Shown here: piece by piece, positions 39,867-39,923 of the stretch | How positions within the stretch are numbered: position 1 is the stretch's first letter | Layout: every line of letters starts with the position of its first letter | From: an uncultured Lachnospiraceae bacterium | GTDB lineage: Bacteria; Bacillota; Clostridia; Lachnospirales; Lachnospiraceae | Reading direction: 5' to 3' | Assembly (NCBI GenBank): GCA_964514125.1 | Contig: CAZEPO010000002.1 | Coordinates: 1 to 39,923 of the forward strand | Length of the DNA stretch: 39,923 nucleotides | Position numbers and translations under genes: made by a program | Notes under the pieces: generated by a model | Database searches by the model: none | The model's input: the letters and a program-made list of their open reading frames with translations, nothing else | Told to the model about the DNA's origin: nothing

Positions 39867-39923
39867 CTGACTGTGTGGTAAAGTAAGAAAAGCAAAAATA
39901 TAGAAAATGGAGAGATGTGCAAA

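Noticed and set aside
39867-39923. Start of the next polysaccharide gene
   Set aside because: Only a few codons lie before the window edge, too little to call

Overview
Core-chromosome segment of a Clostridiales (Lachnospiraceae-like) bacterium, almost entirely on the + strand. In order: the 3' part of tRNA-Leu(TAG); a HAD phosphatase; a PH-domain protein; a FeoA-FeoB fusion; argF; a membrane protein; a BirA lacking its HTH domain; DUF6145-dusB; argC; an orphan proteasome-beta/HslV-like Ntn-fold gene; pgi; a ~12.5 kb selenium-dependent molybdenum hydroxylase cluster (NCS2 permease, selD, DUF3343, Cys/Sec desulfurase, yedF, yqeB, yqeC-mocA fusion, FAD/FeS/Mo subunits, an embedded bioY and an MtaD-like deaminase); uvrB-uvrA with an SOS box; a candidate C-rich multi-hairpin sRNA; mreB-like, recD2, comF, cdaA, cdaR; a minus-strand cell-wall-repeat L,D-transpeptidase; and the start of a polysaccharide locus. 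No intact mobile element or CRISPR array is visible. The three most notable items are the Ser1 Ntn-hydrolase orphan, the Se/Mo-hydroxylase cluster with BioY and a nucleoside-deaminase-like gene but no urate ring-opening genes, and the sRNA between uvrA and mreB. All calls come from manual motif reading; no database searches were run.
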